Shown piece by piece: positions 17,618-27,138 of a stretch of DNA of 64,000 nucleotides. This DNA comes from an uncultured Acidobacteriota bacterium (GTDB taxonomy: Bacteria; Acidobacteriota; Thermoanaerobaculia; Multivoradales; UBA5704): contig OY969474.1 in NCBI GenBank assembly GCA_963700145.1, forward strand, positions 1,408,001 to 1,472,000. Direction: 5' to 3'. A program made the translations under genes and the position numbers. Positions within the stretch are counted from its first letter, which is position 1; every line of letters begins with the position of its first letter. The notes beneath the pieces were generated by a model that saw only the letters and a program-made list of their open reading frames with translations, was not told where the DNA came from and did not search any database.

Positions 17618-19041
17618 TTCGTCAGCGCCACCGCGTCTCGAAAAGCGTCTATCTCGCCGGCGACGTCCTCGCCACCGCTCTCGCGTACGTCGCCGCCTGG
17701 CTCCTCCGCTTCGAGGTGGAGGTCATCCCGGTCACCAAGAACGTGCCGGCGGTCGAGCCCTACCTGACGCTGCTGCCGGTCGCCCTCGTCCTCTTCCCCG
17801 TCGTCTTCCACTTCCACGGCCTCTACCAGACCCGCCGCGGCAGGAGCCGCGTGGACGAGGTGCTGACGATCCTGGTGGCGGTGCTGCTGGCGACGGTCCT
17901 GCTCTCGGTGGTCATCGCCTGGTACCGCCCGCCGGCGGCGCCCGGGAGCAACGAGTACTTCACCTACAGCCGCGCCTTCCTCGCCCTCTTCGCGCTCACG
18001 GACCTCCTCTTCGTCGGCGCGGCGCGCATGGGCATCCGCGAGCTGCTGCGGCGCATCCGCCTCTCCGGCCACAACCTGCAGCGCATCCTGGTGATCGGCG
18101 CCGGTCAGCTCGGCCGTGAGATCACCCAGAAGCTGGTCGCCCACCGCGACCTGGGCTTCGAGGTGGTGGGCTTCCTCGACGACGACCCCGGCAAGCAGCT
18201 CAAGCACTTCGCCGGCGCGCCGGTGCTCGGGACGCTGAAGCAGGCCGAGGAGGTGGTGTCGCGCCACGACGTCGACCAGGTCTACATCGCCCTGCCGCTC
18301 GACGCGCACAAGAAGACGCTGCAGATCCTCCAGCGTATGGGCCGCGAGATGGTGGACATCAAGCTGGTGCCCGACATCCTCCAGTACGCCACCTTGAAGG
18401 CGACGCTGGAGGACGTGGACGGCACGCCGGTCATCAACCTCTCGCAGGTGCCGCTCCAGGGGTGGAGCAGCCTGGTCAAGCGCGGCATGGACGTGGCGAT
18501 GGCGGCGGCGGCGCTCGCGGTGCTGGCGCCCTTCCTGCCCTTCGCCGCCCTCCTCATCTGGCTCGAGGACCGCGGCCCGATCTTCTACCGCCAGGAGCGC
18601 ATGGGGCTGGACGGCAGGCCGTTCATGATCCTCAAGTTCCGCTCGATGCGGGTGGACGCCGAGGCCTCCAGCGGGCCGGTGTGGGCGATCCGCAACGATC
18701 CGCGGCGGACGCGGGTGGGGGGCCTCCTCCGCCGCTGGTCGGTCGACGAGCTGCCGCAGCTCTGGAACGTGCTGGTCGGCGACATGTCGATCGTCGGCCC
18801 GCGCCCCGAGCGGCCGAGCTTCGTGCGCGAGTTCAAGCACAAGATCCCGCAGTACATGCTGCGCCACCGGGTCAAGAGCGGCATCACCGGCTGGGCCCAG
18901 GTCCACGGCTGGCGCGGCAACACCTCGATCAAGAAGCGCATCCAGTACGACCTCTACTACATCGAGAACTGGTCGCTGTCGCTCGACCTCAAAATCCTCT
19001 GGATGACCCTCCGCCAGGGGCTGCGGCACAACGCGTACTAG
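17614..19041 (+). CDS. wcaJ: Undecaprenyl-phosphate glucose phosphotransferase (WcaJ/WbaP family)
   Basis: N-terminal TMs; IGAG; KFRSM, DPRRT, DELPQLWNVL.GDMSIVGPRPE, GITGWAQV and DLYYIENWS motifs. Confidence 0.93.
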   Translation: MIRQRHRVSKSVYLAGDVLATALAYVAAWLLRFEVEVIPVTKNVPAVEPYLTLLPVALVLFPVVFHFHGLYQTRRGRSRVDEVLTILVAVLLATVLLSVVIAWYRPPAAPGSNEYFTYSRAFLALFALTDLLFVGAARMGIRELLRRIRLSGHNLQRILVIGAGQLGREITQKLVAHRDLGFEVVGFLDDDPGKQLKHFAGAPVLGTLKQAEEVVSRHDVDQVYIALPLDAHKKTLQILQRMGREMVDIKLVPDILQYATLKATLEDVDGTPVINLSQVPLQGWSSLVKRGMDVAMAAAALAVLAPFLPFAALLIWLEDRGPIFYRQERMGLDGRPFMILKFRSMRVDAEASSGPVWAIRNDPRRTRVGGLLRRWSVDELPQLWNVLVGDMSIVGPRPERPSFVREFKHKIPQYMLRHRVKSGITGWAQVHGWRGNTSIKKRIQYDLYYIENWSLSLDLKILWMTLRQGLRHNAY

Positions 19042-19148
19042 TGCCGGCTGTCCCGTCTCCACGTTCCGGCAGCACTTCAACAGTTAGCACAGTGCCGATA
19101 AATCTGACCGCCCGAGGACCGCCTCGGATCGCTGAAAGGGAGATCTCT

Positions 19149-20663
19149 ATGTCCAGGAAGTCGAAGTGTGTCTTCTCGATCGTGGCCGGGCTACTGTTCG
19201 CGATTCCCGTCGCCGCACAGCAAAAGGATCTCACGTACAACACCGTCACCCCCTGCTTCATCCTCAACACCTTCGCGGCCGGCGGACAGTTCGCGGCCAA
19301 CGAGACCCGCATCTACAACGTGGTCGGAAGCGGCAGCCTCGCGGGTCAGGGTGGATCGGCGAGCGGCTGCGGCATACCCGGCTTCTCGAACGGCATCGCG
19401 CGGGTTCAAGCGGTGGCGATCAATGTAGTGGTGGTGAATCCAACGGGAGGAGGGCACGTCTGGGCTGTCGCGGCGGACGCAGCTATTACCGGCAGTACGG
19501 GGGCTTTTATGAACTTCCCTGCCGCCCCGCCCGGCAGCTGCTGTATAAGCCTCTCCAACACCGGCCCCGTGGCGGTGGCGCAGACCTCCAGTGTCGGCGA
19601 CATCAAGATCCAGGTCGCAGGAAGCGGCGCCCACTTGGTCGCCTCCGTCGTCGGCTACTACACGCGCTTCGGCGAGACCATCACGGTCGGCCCCGGCGCG
19701 ACGCCGGCGGCGAGCGGCACGGCGCTCCTCAACGCCCTCACCAGCATCGCCGACAACTCGGCCGCCAAGCCCTACCTGATCAAGCTGGAGCCGGGCGTCT
19801 ACGACGTCGGCGACAACCGGCTGCAAATGAAGTCGTTCGTCGACATCGAGGGCTCCGGCCGCAACGTCTCGACCATCCAGGGGGCAGGAAACCCGGGCGG
19901 CGAGTTCAGCACAGGTGTCGTGGTCGGTGCGAGCTCGGCCGAGTTGCGCAACCTGACGCTCAAGGGAGTGGGTTCGGGCTCCCGGCCCTTCGTCATTCCC
20001 CTCTCCAACACCGGTAGCTCACCAACAATCCGCAACGTCGCCATCATCTCGAGCGGTGGCACGAACCATTGGGGTATCCGCAATCTGAACGCCAGCCCGA
20101 CGGTCGAGGACGTCAGCATCACGGTGACCGCCACTGGCAACGCAACCTACGGGATATCCAACAACGGCCCCTCGAGCCCAAAGATCCGGCGCACCGAGAT
20201 CAACGTGACGAACTCCGCTGGCATCCTTCCCACCATCGGCATTTTCTGGGATGGGCTCGGCGTAGCCGTCGAGCTCCGCGAGGTGCGCATCGACGTTTCG
20301 GGGGCGAGCGATGCCTATGGCGTGCGGCAGTCGGGAACAAGCGGCGGGATCATGCTGACGATCGAGGACTCGACGATCAACGCACGCACAGCCTCCACCA
20401 CCTACGGCGTCTACATACAGGGCGGCAGTCTCTTCGTGTCACAGAGCAAGATCCGCGGGCTCGGGCCTGGTGGCACGGGCATTTTCAGCTCTTTTGGCTC
20501 GGCAACGATCGACCACTCGGAGGTTGCCGGCGACGTCGCAACGGTGTCGGCATTTGGACCCGCGCAAATCGGCGCGACACTGCTCGACGGTGGGTCAGCC
20601 TCCGGCACCTGCGCCGGCGTCTACGACGAGAACTACACGTTCTTCGCCTCGACCTGTCCGTAG
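19149..20663 (+). CDS. Secreted protein with parallel beta-helix/pectin-lyase-like region
   Basis: ATG 19149 after GGGAG; signal peptide; TVTPCFIL domain; KPYLIKLEPGVYD...MKSFVDIEGSG; repeated YGI/WGI strands. Confidence 0.75.
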   Translation: MSRKSKCVFSIVAGLLFAIPVAAQQKDLTYNTVTPCFILNTFAAGGQFAANETRIYNVVGSGSLAGQGGSASGCGIPGFSNGIARVQAVAINVVVVNPTGGGHVWAVAADAAITGSTGAFMNFPAAPPGSCCISLSNTGPVAVAQTSSVGDIKIQVAGSGAHLVASVVGYYTRFGETITVGPGATPAASGTALLNALTSIADNSAAKPYLIKLEPGVYDVGDNRLQMKSFVDIEGSGRNVSTIQGAGNPGGEFSTGVVVGASSAELRNLTLKGVGSGSRPFVIPLSNTGSSPTIRNVAIISSGGTNHWGIRNLNASPTVEDVSITVTATGNATYGISNNGPSSPKIRRTEINVTNSAGILPTIGIFWDGLGVAVELREVRIDVSGASDAYGVRQSGTSGGIMLTIEDSTINARTASTTYGVYIQGGSLFVSQSKIRGLGPGGTGIFSSFGSATIDHSEVAGDVATVSAFGPAQIGATLLDGGSASGTCAGVYDENYTFFASTCP

Positions 20664-20669
20664 GCGGAG

Positions 20670-20706
20670 TGGAGGTGGGGGTCTTGGCGCTCGACCCCCA
20701 CCTCCA
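20670..20706 (+). terminator. Stem-loop downstream of the secreted-protein gene
   Basis: 14-bp perfect inverted repeat tggaggtgggggtc / gacccccacctcca; weak U-tract. Confidence 0.55.
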
Positions 20707-20727
20707 TTGGATGCTAGATTTTCTGTC

Positions 20728-21048
20728 ATGTCGCCAGCTCCTCTGCCGCGGACGGAGTACATCCACATCGAGCTGGAGCCCGACGGCGTGCCCAGGATCG
20801 CCGGCACCACGATGAAGGTCGTCGAGATCGTGCTCGCCCAGCAGGCTCATGGCTGGAGCCCGGAAGAGATCCACTTCCAGCATCCCTACCTGTCGCTCGC
20901 CCAGATCCACTCGGCGCTGGCGTACTACTGGGACCACAAAGCCGAGCTGGACGCCGACCTCGCGAGGCGCGCTGAGCTGGTCGAGACGATTCGGCGAGAG
21001 GCCGGCCCCTCGACGGTGCGAGAGAAGCTCGCCTCGCGCTCGGCGTGA
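20728..21048 (+). CDS. DUF433 family antitoxin
   Basis: GVPRIAGTTMKV..IV...GWSPEEI...YLSLAQIHSALAYYWDH. Confidence 0.9.
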   Translation: MSPAPLPRTEYIHIELEPDGVPRIAGTTMKVVEIVLAQQAHGWSPEEIHFQHPYLSLAQIHSALAYYWDHKAELDADLARRAELVETIRREAGPSTVREKLASRSA

Positions 21049-21143
21049 GTCTCGGTCTCTACTTCGACGAGCACGTTCACCGCGCGATCGCCACGGGCCT
21101 GCGCCTGCGCGGTGTCGACGTCCTGACAGTCCAAGAGGACTGA
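21045..21143 (+). pseudogene. Truncated DUF5615-type PIN toxin
   Basis: GTGA overlap with DUF433; MSLGLYFDEHVHRAIATGLRLRGVDVLTVQED* stops after 32 aa. Confidence 0.75.
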
Positions 21144-21189
21144 CTTGGCGGGGAGAGTGGACTTTCTCCCTCTGTAGAGCGTCGGTGTG

Positions 21190-21352
21190 AGGGCGTGGGG
21201 ATGCTTGCGCCCGGGAACCGGCGCGAGCGTCTTGCGACTTCGGGATCTGAGGCTCGCGCCTGCGCTGCGCTGCGCGCCGGGTCGGCGTCGGACTGCATAG
21301 GAGTTGCCGGCGCTTGCGCAGAGCTTCCCGGGCGCAAGCATCCCCACGCCCT
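21190..21352. mobile_element. MITE/REP-like element with 28-bp perfect terminal inverted repeats
   Basis: agggcgtggggatgcttgcgcccgggaa (21190-21217) and its exact reverse complement (21325-21352). Confidence 0.6.
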
Positions 21353-21401
21353 GCCACCGGTGGTGCGTCGGGCGGCCTCTGACTTGCATCGAGGGCGCGG
21401 T

Positions 21402-22079
21402 ATGAGAATGCGGGCTCTTCCTTACCTGATCTTCTTTCTCTCGCAGGCGGCGGTGGCCGCGGACTTCGCCGTGGGTGGGAACGTGGGCACGCTGGGGCTT
21501 GGTGCGGAGCTGACGGCGGGGCTGGGGCCGCAGGTGAACTTGCGGGTGGGAGCGCACGGGGGGAGTTATGACGACCAGCGGGTGGCGGACGACATCGAGT
21601 ACGACGCGACGGCCGAGGTGCGGGCGGGGACGGCGCTGCTGGACTGGCATCCCGGCGGGGGCAGCTTCCGGCTGAGCGGCGGGGCGGTGTTCAACGGCAA
21701 CGAGGTCGAGGGGGAGAGCCTGCCGCCGGCTTCCGGGTTCTACGAGATCGGCGACGTGCAGGTGCCGGTGGCGCTGCTCGGGACGCTGCGGGGGCAGGTG
21801 GAGTGGGACTCGGTGGCGCCCTACGCCGGGCTCGGGTTCGGCAACCCGTTCGGCGGCGACGGCGGGTGGAGCTTCGCGCTCGATCTCGGCGTGATTTTCC
21901 AGGGCGAGCCGCAGGTGACGCTCACGCCGGTCTTCTCGCCCGGCAGCCCGCTCGACAACCCGGTCGGCCGCGCGCTCCTCCGCACGCAGCTCGACGAGGA
22001 GGAGCGGAACCTCGAGGAGGAGTTCTCGGACTTCGACCTCTACCCCGTCGTCTCATTCGGCGTATCGTACCGGTTCTGA
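21402..22079 (+). CDS. Outer-membrane beta-barrel protein
   Basis: Signal peptide; GTLGLGAEL, DWHP, APYAGLGF; C-terminal VSYRF. Confidence 0.85.
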   Translation: MRMRALPYLIFFLSQAAVAADFAVGGNVGTLGLGAELTAGLGPQVNLRVGAHGGSYDDQRVADDIEYDATAEVRAGTALLDWHPGGGSFRLSGGAVFNGNEVEGESLPPASGFYEIGDVQVPVALLGTLRGQVEWDSVAPYAGLGFGNPFGGDGGWSFALDLGVIFQGEPQVTLTPVFSPGSPLDNPVGRALLRTQLDEEERNLEEEFSDFDLYPVVSFGVSYRF

Positions 22080-23434
22080 TGCGCGCTCTTCGCGCCCTCT
22101 GTACGCTGCCGCTGGCCGCGCTCCTCGCCTGCGCCGCGCCGTCGCCCGCGCCGCCTTCGGCGCCCGCCGCCGCTCCGGAGCCCCGCACCATGGACGCCAT
22201 CGCCGAGGAGTACGTGAAGCTGGTCCTCGCCGCCGGGCGGCACGACGACGCGCTGGTGGACGCCTACTACGGCCCGCCGGAGTGGAAGGCCGAGGCGGAC
22301 GCGACGAAGGTGCCGCTTCCCGACCTCAAGGCCCGCGTCGTGGCGCTCGTCGCCGAGGCCGCGGCGCTGCAGCCGCACCCGGCGGCGGCGATCGAGCACC
22401 TCCACATCCTGCGCGCCGCCTATCTGCTGCGGCAGCTCCAGGCGCTCGGCGCGCGGCTCGACATGCTGGCGGGCAAGCGCCTCACGTTCGACCAGGAGTC
22501 GCAGGCGCTCTACGACGCGGTGGCGCCGCACCTCCCCGCCGAGCACTTCGCGGCCGTCCTCGCCGAGCTGGAGCCCCTGGTGCCGGGACCGCCAGGCTCC
22601 GATCGACTCCCGCTGCCGGCGCGCGTCGAGGCCTTCCGCCAGCGCTTCGTCATCCCGCGCGAGCGCCTCGACGCCGTCTACCGCGCCGCCATCGACGAGT
22701 GCCGCCGCCGCACCCTCGCCCACGTCGAGTTGCCGGCCGGCGAGAGCTTCGTCGTCGAGTACGTCACCGGCCGCCCGTGGAGCGCCTACAACTGGTACAA
22801 GGGCAACTTCCACAGCCTGATCCAGGTCAACACCGAGCTGCCGATCTTCATCGACCGCGCGATCGACCTCGCCTGCCACGAGGGCTACCCCGGCCACCAC
22901 GTCTACAACGCGCTGCTCGAAAAGCACCTGGTGCGCGACCGCGGCTGGGTGGAATACGCGGTCTACAACCTCTTCTCGCCGCAGTCGCTCATCGCCGAGG
23001 GCACCGCCAACTTCGGCGTCGATGTGGCCTTCCCCGGCGAGGAGCGCGTCGCCTTCGAGCGCGAGCGCCTCTTCCCGCTGGCCGGGCTCGATCCGGCGAG
23101 CGCCGCCGAGTACTACCAGGTGCAGCGTCTCGTCCAGCGCCTCTCCTACGCCGGCAACGAGGCGGCGCGCCGCTACCTCGACGGCGAGATCACGGCCGAG
23201 GCGGCCGCCGACTGGCTGGTGCGCTACGGCCTGACGTCGCCGGAGCGCGCCAAGCAGCGCGTCTCGTTCGTCGACACCTACCGGAGCTACGTCATCAACT
23301 ACAACCTCGGGCAGGACCTGGTGCGGGCGCACGTCGAGGCGCGGGGCGGCACCGCCGACCGTCCCGACGTGCGCTGGCGGGTCTTCACCGAGCTCCTCTC
23401 GTCGCCGCGCCTGCCGTCCGACCTCGAGCACTAG
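22079..23434 (+). CDS. DUF885-like lipoprotein (putative zinc metallopeptidase)
   Basis: LLAC lipobox; HEGYPGHH and EG motifs. Confidence 0.8.
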   Translation: MRALRALCTLPLAALLACAAPSPAPPSAPAAAPEPRTMDAIAEEYVKLVLAAGRHDDALVDAYYGPPEWKAEADATKVPLPDLKARVVALVAEAAALQPHPAAAIEHLHILRAAYLLRQLQALGARLDMLAGKRLTFDQESQALYDAVAPHLPAEHFAAVLAELEPLVPGPPGSDRLPLPARVEAFRQRFVIPRERLDAVYRAAIDECRRRTLAHVELPAGESFVVEYVTGRPWSAYNWYKGNFHSLIQVNTELPIFIDRAIDLACHEGYPGHHVYNALLEKHLVRDRGWVEYAVYNLFSPQSLIAEGTANFGVDVAFPGEERVAFERERLFPLAGLDPASAAEYYQVQRLVQRLSYAGNEAARRYLDGEITAEAAADWLVRYGLTSPERAKQRVSFVDTYRSYVINYNLGQDLVRAHVEARGGTADRPDVRWRVFTELLSSPRLPSDLEH

Positions 23435-23548
23435 GGGCCATTTCCCCGCAAGGCGGGAGAAGGCTCTCCACCCTCGACTGGAGTAAATTAGTTGTTGCGA
23501 TTGATATCCGACTCTATGCGCTTGACGCTCCAGTCGAGGAGGTGAGAG

Positions 23549-24289
23549 GTGGACGAGACTTTCCGCAGCGAACGCTTCCAGCAGGTGGTGACCGGCGCTC
23601 TCGGGCACTTCCCCGTCGGGGCCGAGATCGAGTTCGAGGGATCGACGATCACCATCCCCATCGTCGCCTCGCTCCCCAACGGCTGGATCAGCACCGAGGA
23701 GGTGGACTTCAAAGCCTTCATGCGCCTGGAGCTGGAGCGCCGCACCCGTAACCTGCTCGGCCGCACGCAGTTCGAGTTCACCATCGCGGTCTGGGAGCTG
23801 TACGGCCGAAGCGAGCTTCTGTCGGAAAAGTTCGGCGGCGACGTGTCGATCACCTTCAGCCTCACGCCGCCCCCCCAGCGCCAGCCCAAGAGCATCTGCT
23901 TCGCGAACCAAGACGGTCCCGACTTCCCCGCCACCATCATCTACAGCGCCTGCTACGACGTGTTCATGAACCGCGAGAAGATCATCGACGCACAGATGGG
24001 GGTGGCGCTCTGCACGCCGATCGTTGGCATCCCACCGCGCAACGTGCTGGTGGCGTTCGAGAAGCCTTTCGAGGACCGCAAGCGCGGCATCGCCTTCGCG
24101 CGCGGCTGCTGCTGGGGGATGCGGACGCTGCGCCCCGAGGAATTCCTGGAGGGAGCCAACCGGGCGCGGGAGGTTCGCGGCTGGGGACCGCAGGATGACG
24201 CCTTCGGCAGCTTCTTCGGGCCCGCCGCCGAGGCACCGCGCCCCCAGGGCCCGCCGACCAAACGGCGACGGGCGCGCGCGGCCAGGTAG
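23549..24289 (+). CDS. Hypothetical protein
   Basis: 246 aa; GAGGAGG upstream; coding-like composition; no family recognised. Confidence 0.65.
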   Translation: MDETFRSERFQQVVTGALGHFPVGAEIEFEGSTITIPIVASLPNGWISTEEVDFKAFMRLELERRTRNLLGRTQFEFTIAVWELYGRSELLSEKFGGDVSITFSLTPPPQRQPKSICFANQDGPDFPATIIYSACYDVFMNREKIIDAQMGVALCTPIVGIPPRNVLVAFEKPFEDRKRGIAFARGCCWGMRTLRPEEFLEGANRAREVRGWGPQDDAFGSFFGPAAEAPRPQGPPTKRRRARAAR

Positions 24290-24333
24290 TCGAGCACGGC
24301 GCCGCTCCCTGGTATCGGGAGCGGTCCTCCCCG

Positions 24334-25770
24334 CTACGGCGGCAGCCCCCCTTCGCCGCGGACGGTGCGGCCGGGGCCGCGGACTTGGCCGCCGGGCTCG
24401 GGGAGGACGTCGGGCCACCAGCCGTCCGGCCTGATCGGCAGCGGGCAGCTCCGGTGGACACCGAGGGCGTGGAGCATCGGGTGGTCGTGGCGGAGGGCGA
24501 GGCGGACGGTGGCGTCGCCGCCGCAGCGGTAGTGGGGGCTGCCGAGCGCGAGGACCGCTGAGCAGAGGACCGCGGCCGCAGCCCACACCCAGGTCCCGCG
24601 CACCGCGACCCTCCCCCACCGCCGGGTGCGCGCCAGCGCCTCGCCCCAGAGGAGCGGCGGCAGGACCGCCGCATGCAGCACCAGAAAGCCCTGCCACATC
24701 ATGATCGTCGTCGGCGACAGCGCGAAGGTGACGGCGGCGGCGGCGAAGCAGGCGGCGGCGTAGCCGCGCACCCAGCCGCGCGCCGAGGCCGCCGGCCGGC
24801 GGCGCAGCCACCGCCGCGGCCGCCGCCAGAGCCGCGCGTTGGCCAGGAGCGGCACGAGGAGCGTCACGCCGAGCGCCGCGAGGAACCCCTCCGCGAGCGG
24901 CTCCAGCACCCGGTCCGCGCCCGCCCCCAGGCTCTCCGCGAAGTCGAGGTCCATCACCCGCTTGCCGACCGCGAGTGAGGCGTAGCGGAACCAGTAGAGG
25001 AGGCCCTTGAGGAGCGGCAGGACGAGCACCAGGCCGCGGCCGAGGAACCCCTTCTGCACCGGCAGGCTGCCGGCGTCGGCCTGCGCGGCGAGCGCCCAGG
25101 GGATCAACGCGGCGGCGCTCACCGCGGCGGCCGCCGCCGCGCCGGCCCAGTGCAACCGCATCGTCCTGCGCACGAGGAGGATCACCGAGGCGATCCCCAG
25201 CAGCACGACCGAGGCGTGGACCTGGAACGCCAAGCCGAGCGCCAGGACGTGCAGGAACGAGGGCCAGAAGCGCGCCCGCTCGCGCTGCTCCCAGGCGCTC
25301 CAGAGATGGACCGCGGCCGGTAGGAAGAGCCAGTTCGGGTTCCAGAGGAAGGCCGAGAAGTAGAGCCGCCAGGGGTTGAGCCAGTAGAGGACGGCGAAGA
25401 GCAGCCGTCCCCACGGCGTGAGGGCGCGGCGCAGCGTGCGGTCAAGGAGGAGGTAGGCGGCGAGGTGGGTGAGGAGGACGAGCGCGGAGGCGGCGCGGTG
25501 GTCGCGCCAGAGCGCGAGCGGCAGGGCGACGAGAAGCGCGCTCAAGCCACCGGGCTGCGCGCCGCCCATCGAGGTCGGGTTGCCGTACGGCACCCACACC
25601 CCGTCCTCGATCAGCAGCCAGCCGCGCGCCAGGAGGTTGAGCTGGTCGCCGCCGACCTGGCTCCGCGCCACCATCCAAGCGGACAGCGCGAGGCCGACGG
25701 CGAAGACCGCCCAGCGCAGGCGCCGGACCGCCGCGGCGCCCGGCGCGGCGCGCCGATCGAGGAGGGGCAT
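24334..25770 (-). CDS. Polytopic membrane protein, GT-C-like
   Basis: GGDQ, PYGNPTS and LWNPN motifs; many TM segments. Confidence 0.7.
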   Translation of the reverse strand: MPLLDRRAAPGAAAVRRLRWAVFAVGLALSAWMVARSQVGGDQLNLLARGWLLIEDGVWVPYGNPTSMGGAQPGGLSALLVALPLALWRDHRAASALVLLTHLAAYLLLDRTLRRALTPWGRLLFAVLYWLNPWRLYFSAFLWNPNWLFLPAAVHLWSAWEQRERARFWPSFLHVLALGLAFQVHASVVLLGIASVILLVRRTMRLHWAGAAAAAAVSAAALIPWALAAQADAGSLPVQKGFLGRGLVLVLPLLKGLLYWFRYASLAVGKRVMDLDFAESLGAGADRVLEPLAEGFLAALGVTLLVPLLANARLWRRPRRWLRRRPAASARGWVRGYAAACFAAAAVTFALSPTTIMMWQGFLVLHAAVLPPLLWGEALARTRRWGRVAVRGTWVWAAAAVLCSAVLALGSPHYRCGGDATVRLALRHDHPMLHALGVHRSCPLPIRPDGWWPDVLPEPGGQVRGPGRTVRGEGGLPP

Positions 25771-25828
25771 GGCGCCAGAGCTTACGTCGCTCCGGCGCCA
25801 CGGCCGCATGCCGCGTGATGGATCGGGA

Positions 25829-26455
25829 CTAGTAGAGGTCGTTGATCGCCGCCCGGTCGTCCGCCTCGAGGGTGGCCGGGTTGTTGTTGCAGCTCGAGAC
25901 CGAGGGGAACATCGTGGCGCCGCTGACGTTGGTGTGGCCGATGCCGAGGACGTGCCCGACCTCGTGCACCATGACGCCCTCGATGTAGTACTCGCTGGAG
26001 CAGCCGTCCGGCTCGCCGACCGAGGTCCACTTGATCTTGGTGGACCGGTTGGTCACGACGTCGGCGTCGAAGATGCGGTAGGTGCCGTCGCCGCGCGGCT
26101 CGTAGAAGCCGGTGAAGGTGGCGGCCAGGCAGTTGCCGTTGCAGGCGTGCTCGGGGTCGCGGAAGTTGAGCATCGGGGTGCCGTCGCCGAGCTGCCAGCC
26201 CGCGACCGACCCCTTGACCGAGGTGACCACCGTGCCGGCGCCGGCGCCGTTCCAGGTGGTGATGGCGTTGGCAACGCGGGTGGCGCCGCCGTCGCCGTCG
26301 GTGACCGAGGACTGGCCGCGGTTGTCGACGATGACGCGCGGCGGGTCGTCCCAGGTGCGCCGCGGGCTGAGCAGGACGTAGGCGGAGAGCGCCGTCACGG
26401 CCAGGACGCCCACCAGGCAGCAGAGGAGGATGCGAGAAAGGTTCGCGGTCTTCAT
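25829..26455 (-). CDS. Matrixin-family (M10) metalloprotease
   Basis: Signal peptide; HEVGHVLGIGH zinc motif; ATMFP Met-turn. Confidence 0.92.
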   Translation of the reverse strand: MKTANLSRILLCCLVGVLAVTALSAYVLLSPRRTWDDPPRVIVDNRGQSSVTDGDGGATRVANAITTWNGAGAGTVVTSVKGSVAGWQLGDGTPMLNFRDPEHACNGNCLAATFTGFYEPRGDGTYRIFDADVVTNRSTKIKWTSVGEPDGCSSEYYIEGVMVHEVGHVLGIGHTNVSGATMFPSVSSCNNNPATLEADDRAAINDLY

Positions 26456-26994
26456 GGCTTGCGAGCCTCATGAGCGCGGACTTCGTCCTTGAGGGTTTCG
26501 AGGCGCAGCGCCCGGGGGCGCGGCGCGGGCCTGCCGTCGGCGGTCAGGAGCTGAACGCCGCGCTCGAGCGTCGGCACGGCGACCTCGTTGCCGCGGCCGT
26601 CCGCTGCGATCCGGTAGTGCCCCAGCCGGTAGCCGGTGACCTGCGCCGGGTCGCCGGCCTGCAGGAAGAGGACGACCCGCTGCCCCACCTCGAACTGCGG
26701 GAAGCCGTGGGCCTCGACGGTGAAGCCCTGGACCTTGCCGCCGAAGGTGCGGACGACCGCCACCGAAGGCGCGTCGCCGGCGATGACCTCCTCGACCTGG
26801 ACCATCGCCTCGGTGACGATCAGCCGTCCCGAAGGGGTCCAGAACGAGTCGATCTTGATGACCCGCCCCTGCACGACCGCCGCGGAGGCCGCGACGAGCT
26901 CCCCGTGGTCCATGGCCAGGAAGGTCGAGGCCCCGGCCGGCGCCGCCGCGGCGATCGCCAGCAGCAGCAAGGCCGCCCATGTGCTTCGCTTCAT
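26452..26994 (-). CDS. Secreted protein coupled to the matrixin (possible stand-alone pro-domain/chaperone)
   Basis: MKRSTWAALLLL signal peptide; ELVAASAAVVQGRV...GGKV...PQFEVGQRVVLFL; ATGA overlap with the matrixin gene. Confidence 0.75.
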   Translation of the reverse strand: MKRSTWAALLLLAIAAAAPAGASTFLAMDHGELVAASAAVVQGRVIKIDSFWTPSGRLIVTEAMVQVEEVIAGDAPSVAVVRTFGGKVQGFTVEAHGFPQFEVGQRVVLFLQAGDPAQVTGYRLGHYRIAADGRGNEVAVPTLERGVQLLTADGRPAPRPRALRLETLKDEVRAHEARKP

Positions 26995-27138
26995 TCCATC
27001 CTCCTTCTCCCGCGAGGGGAGGTCGGTCGCCCGCGACGCGCGGGCTCCACAAACTAAAGAGGTGCTCCTGGCGGGGACAAAGGGGGCACCCCGGCGGCGA
27101 TTGGCTCCGCTAGACTTCGCCTCTCCGGAGGGCTTCCC

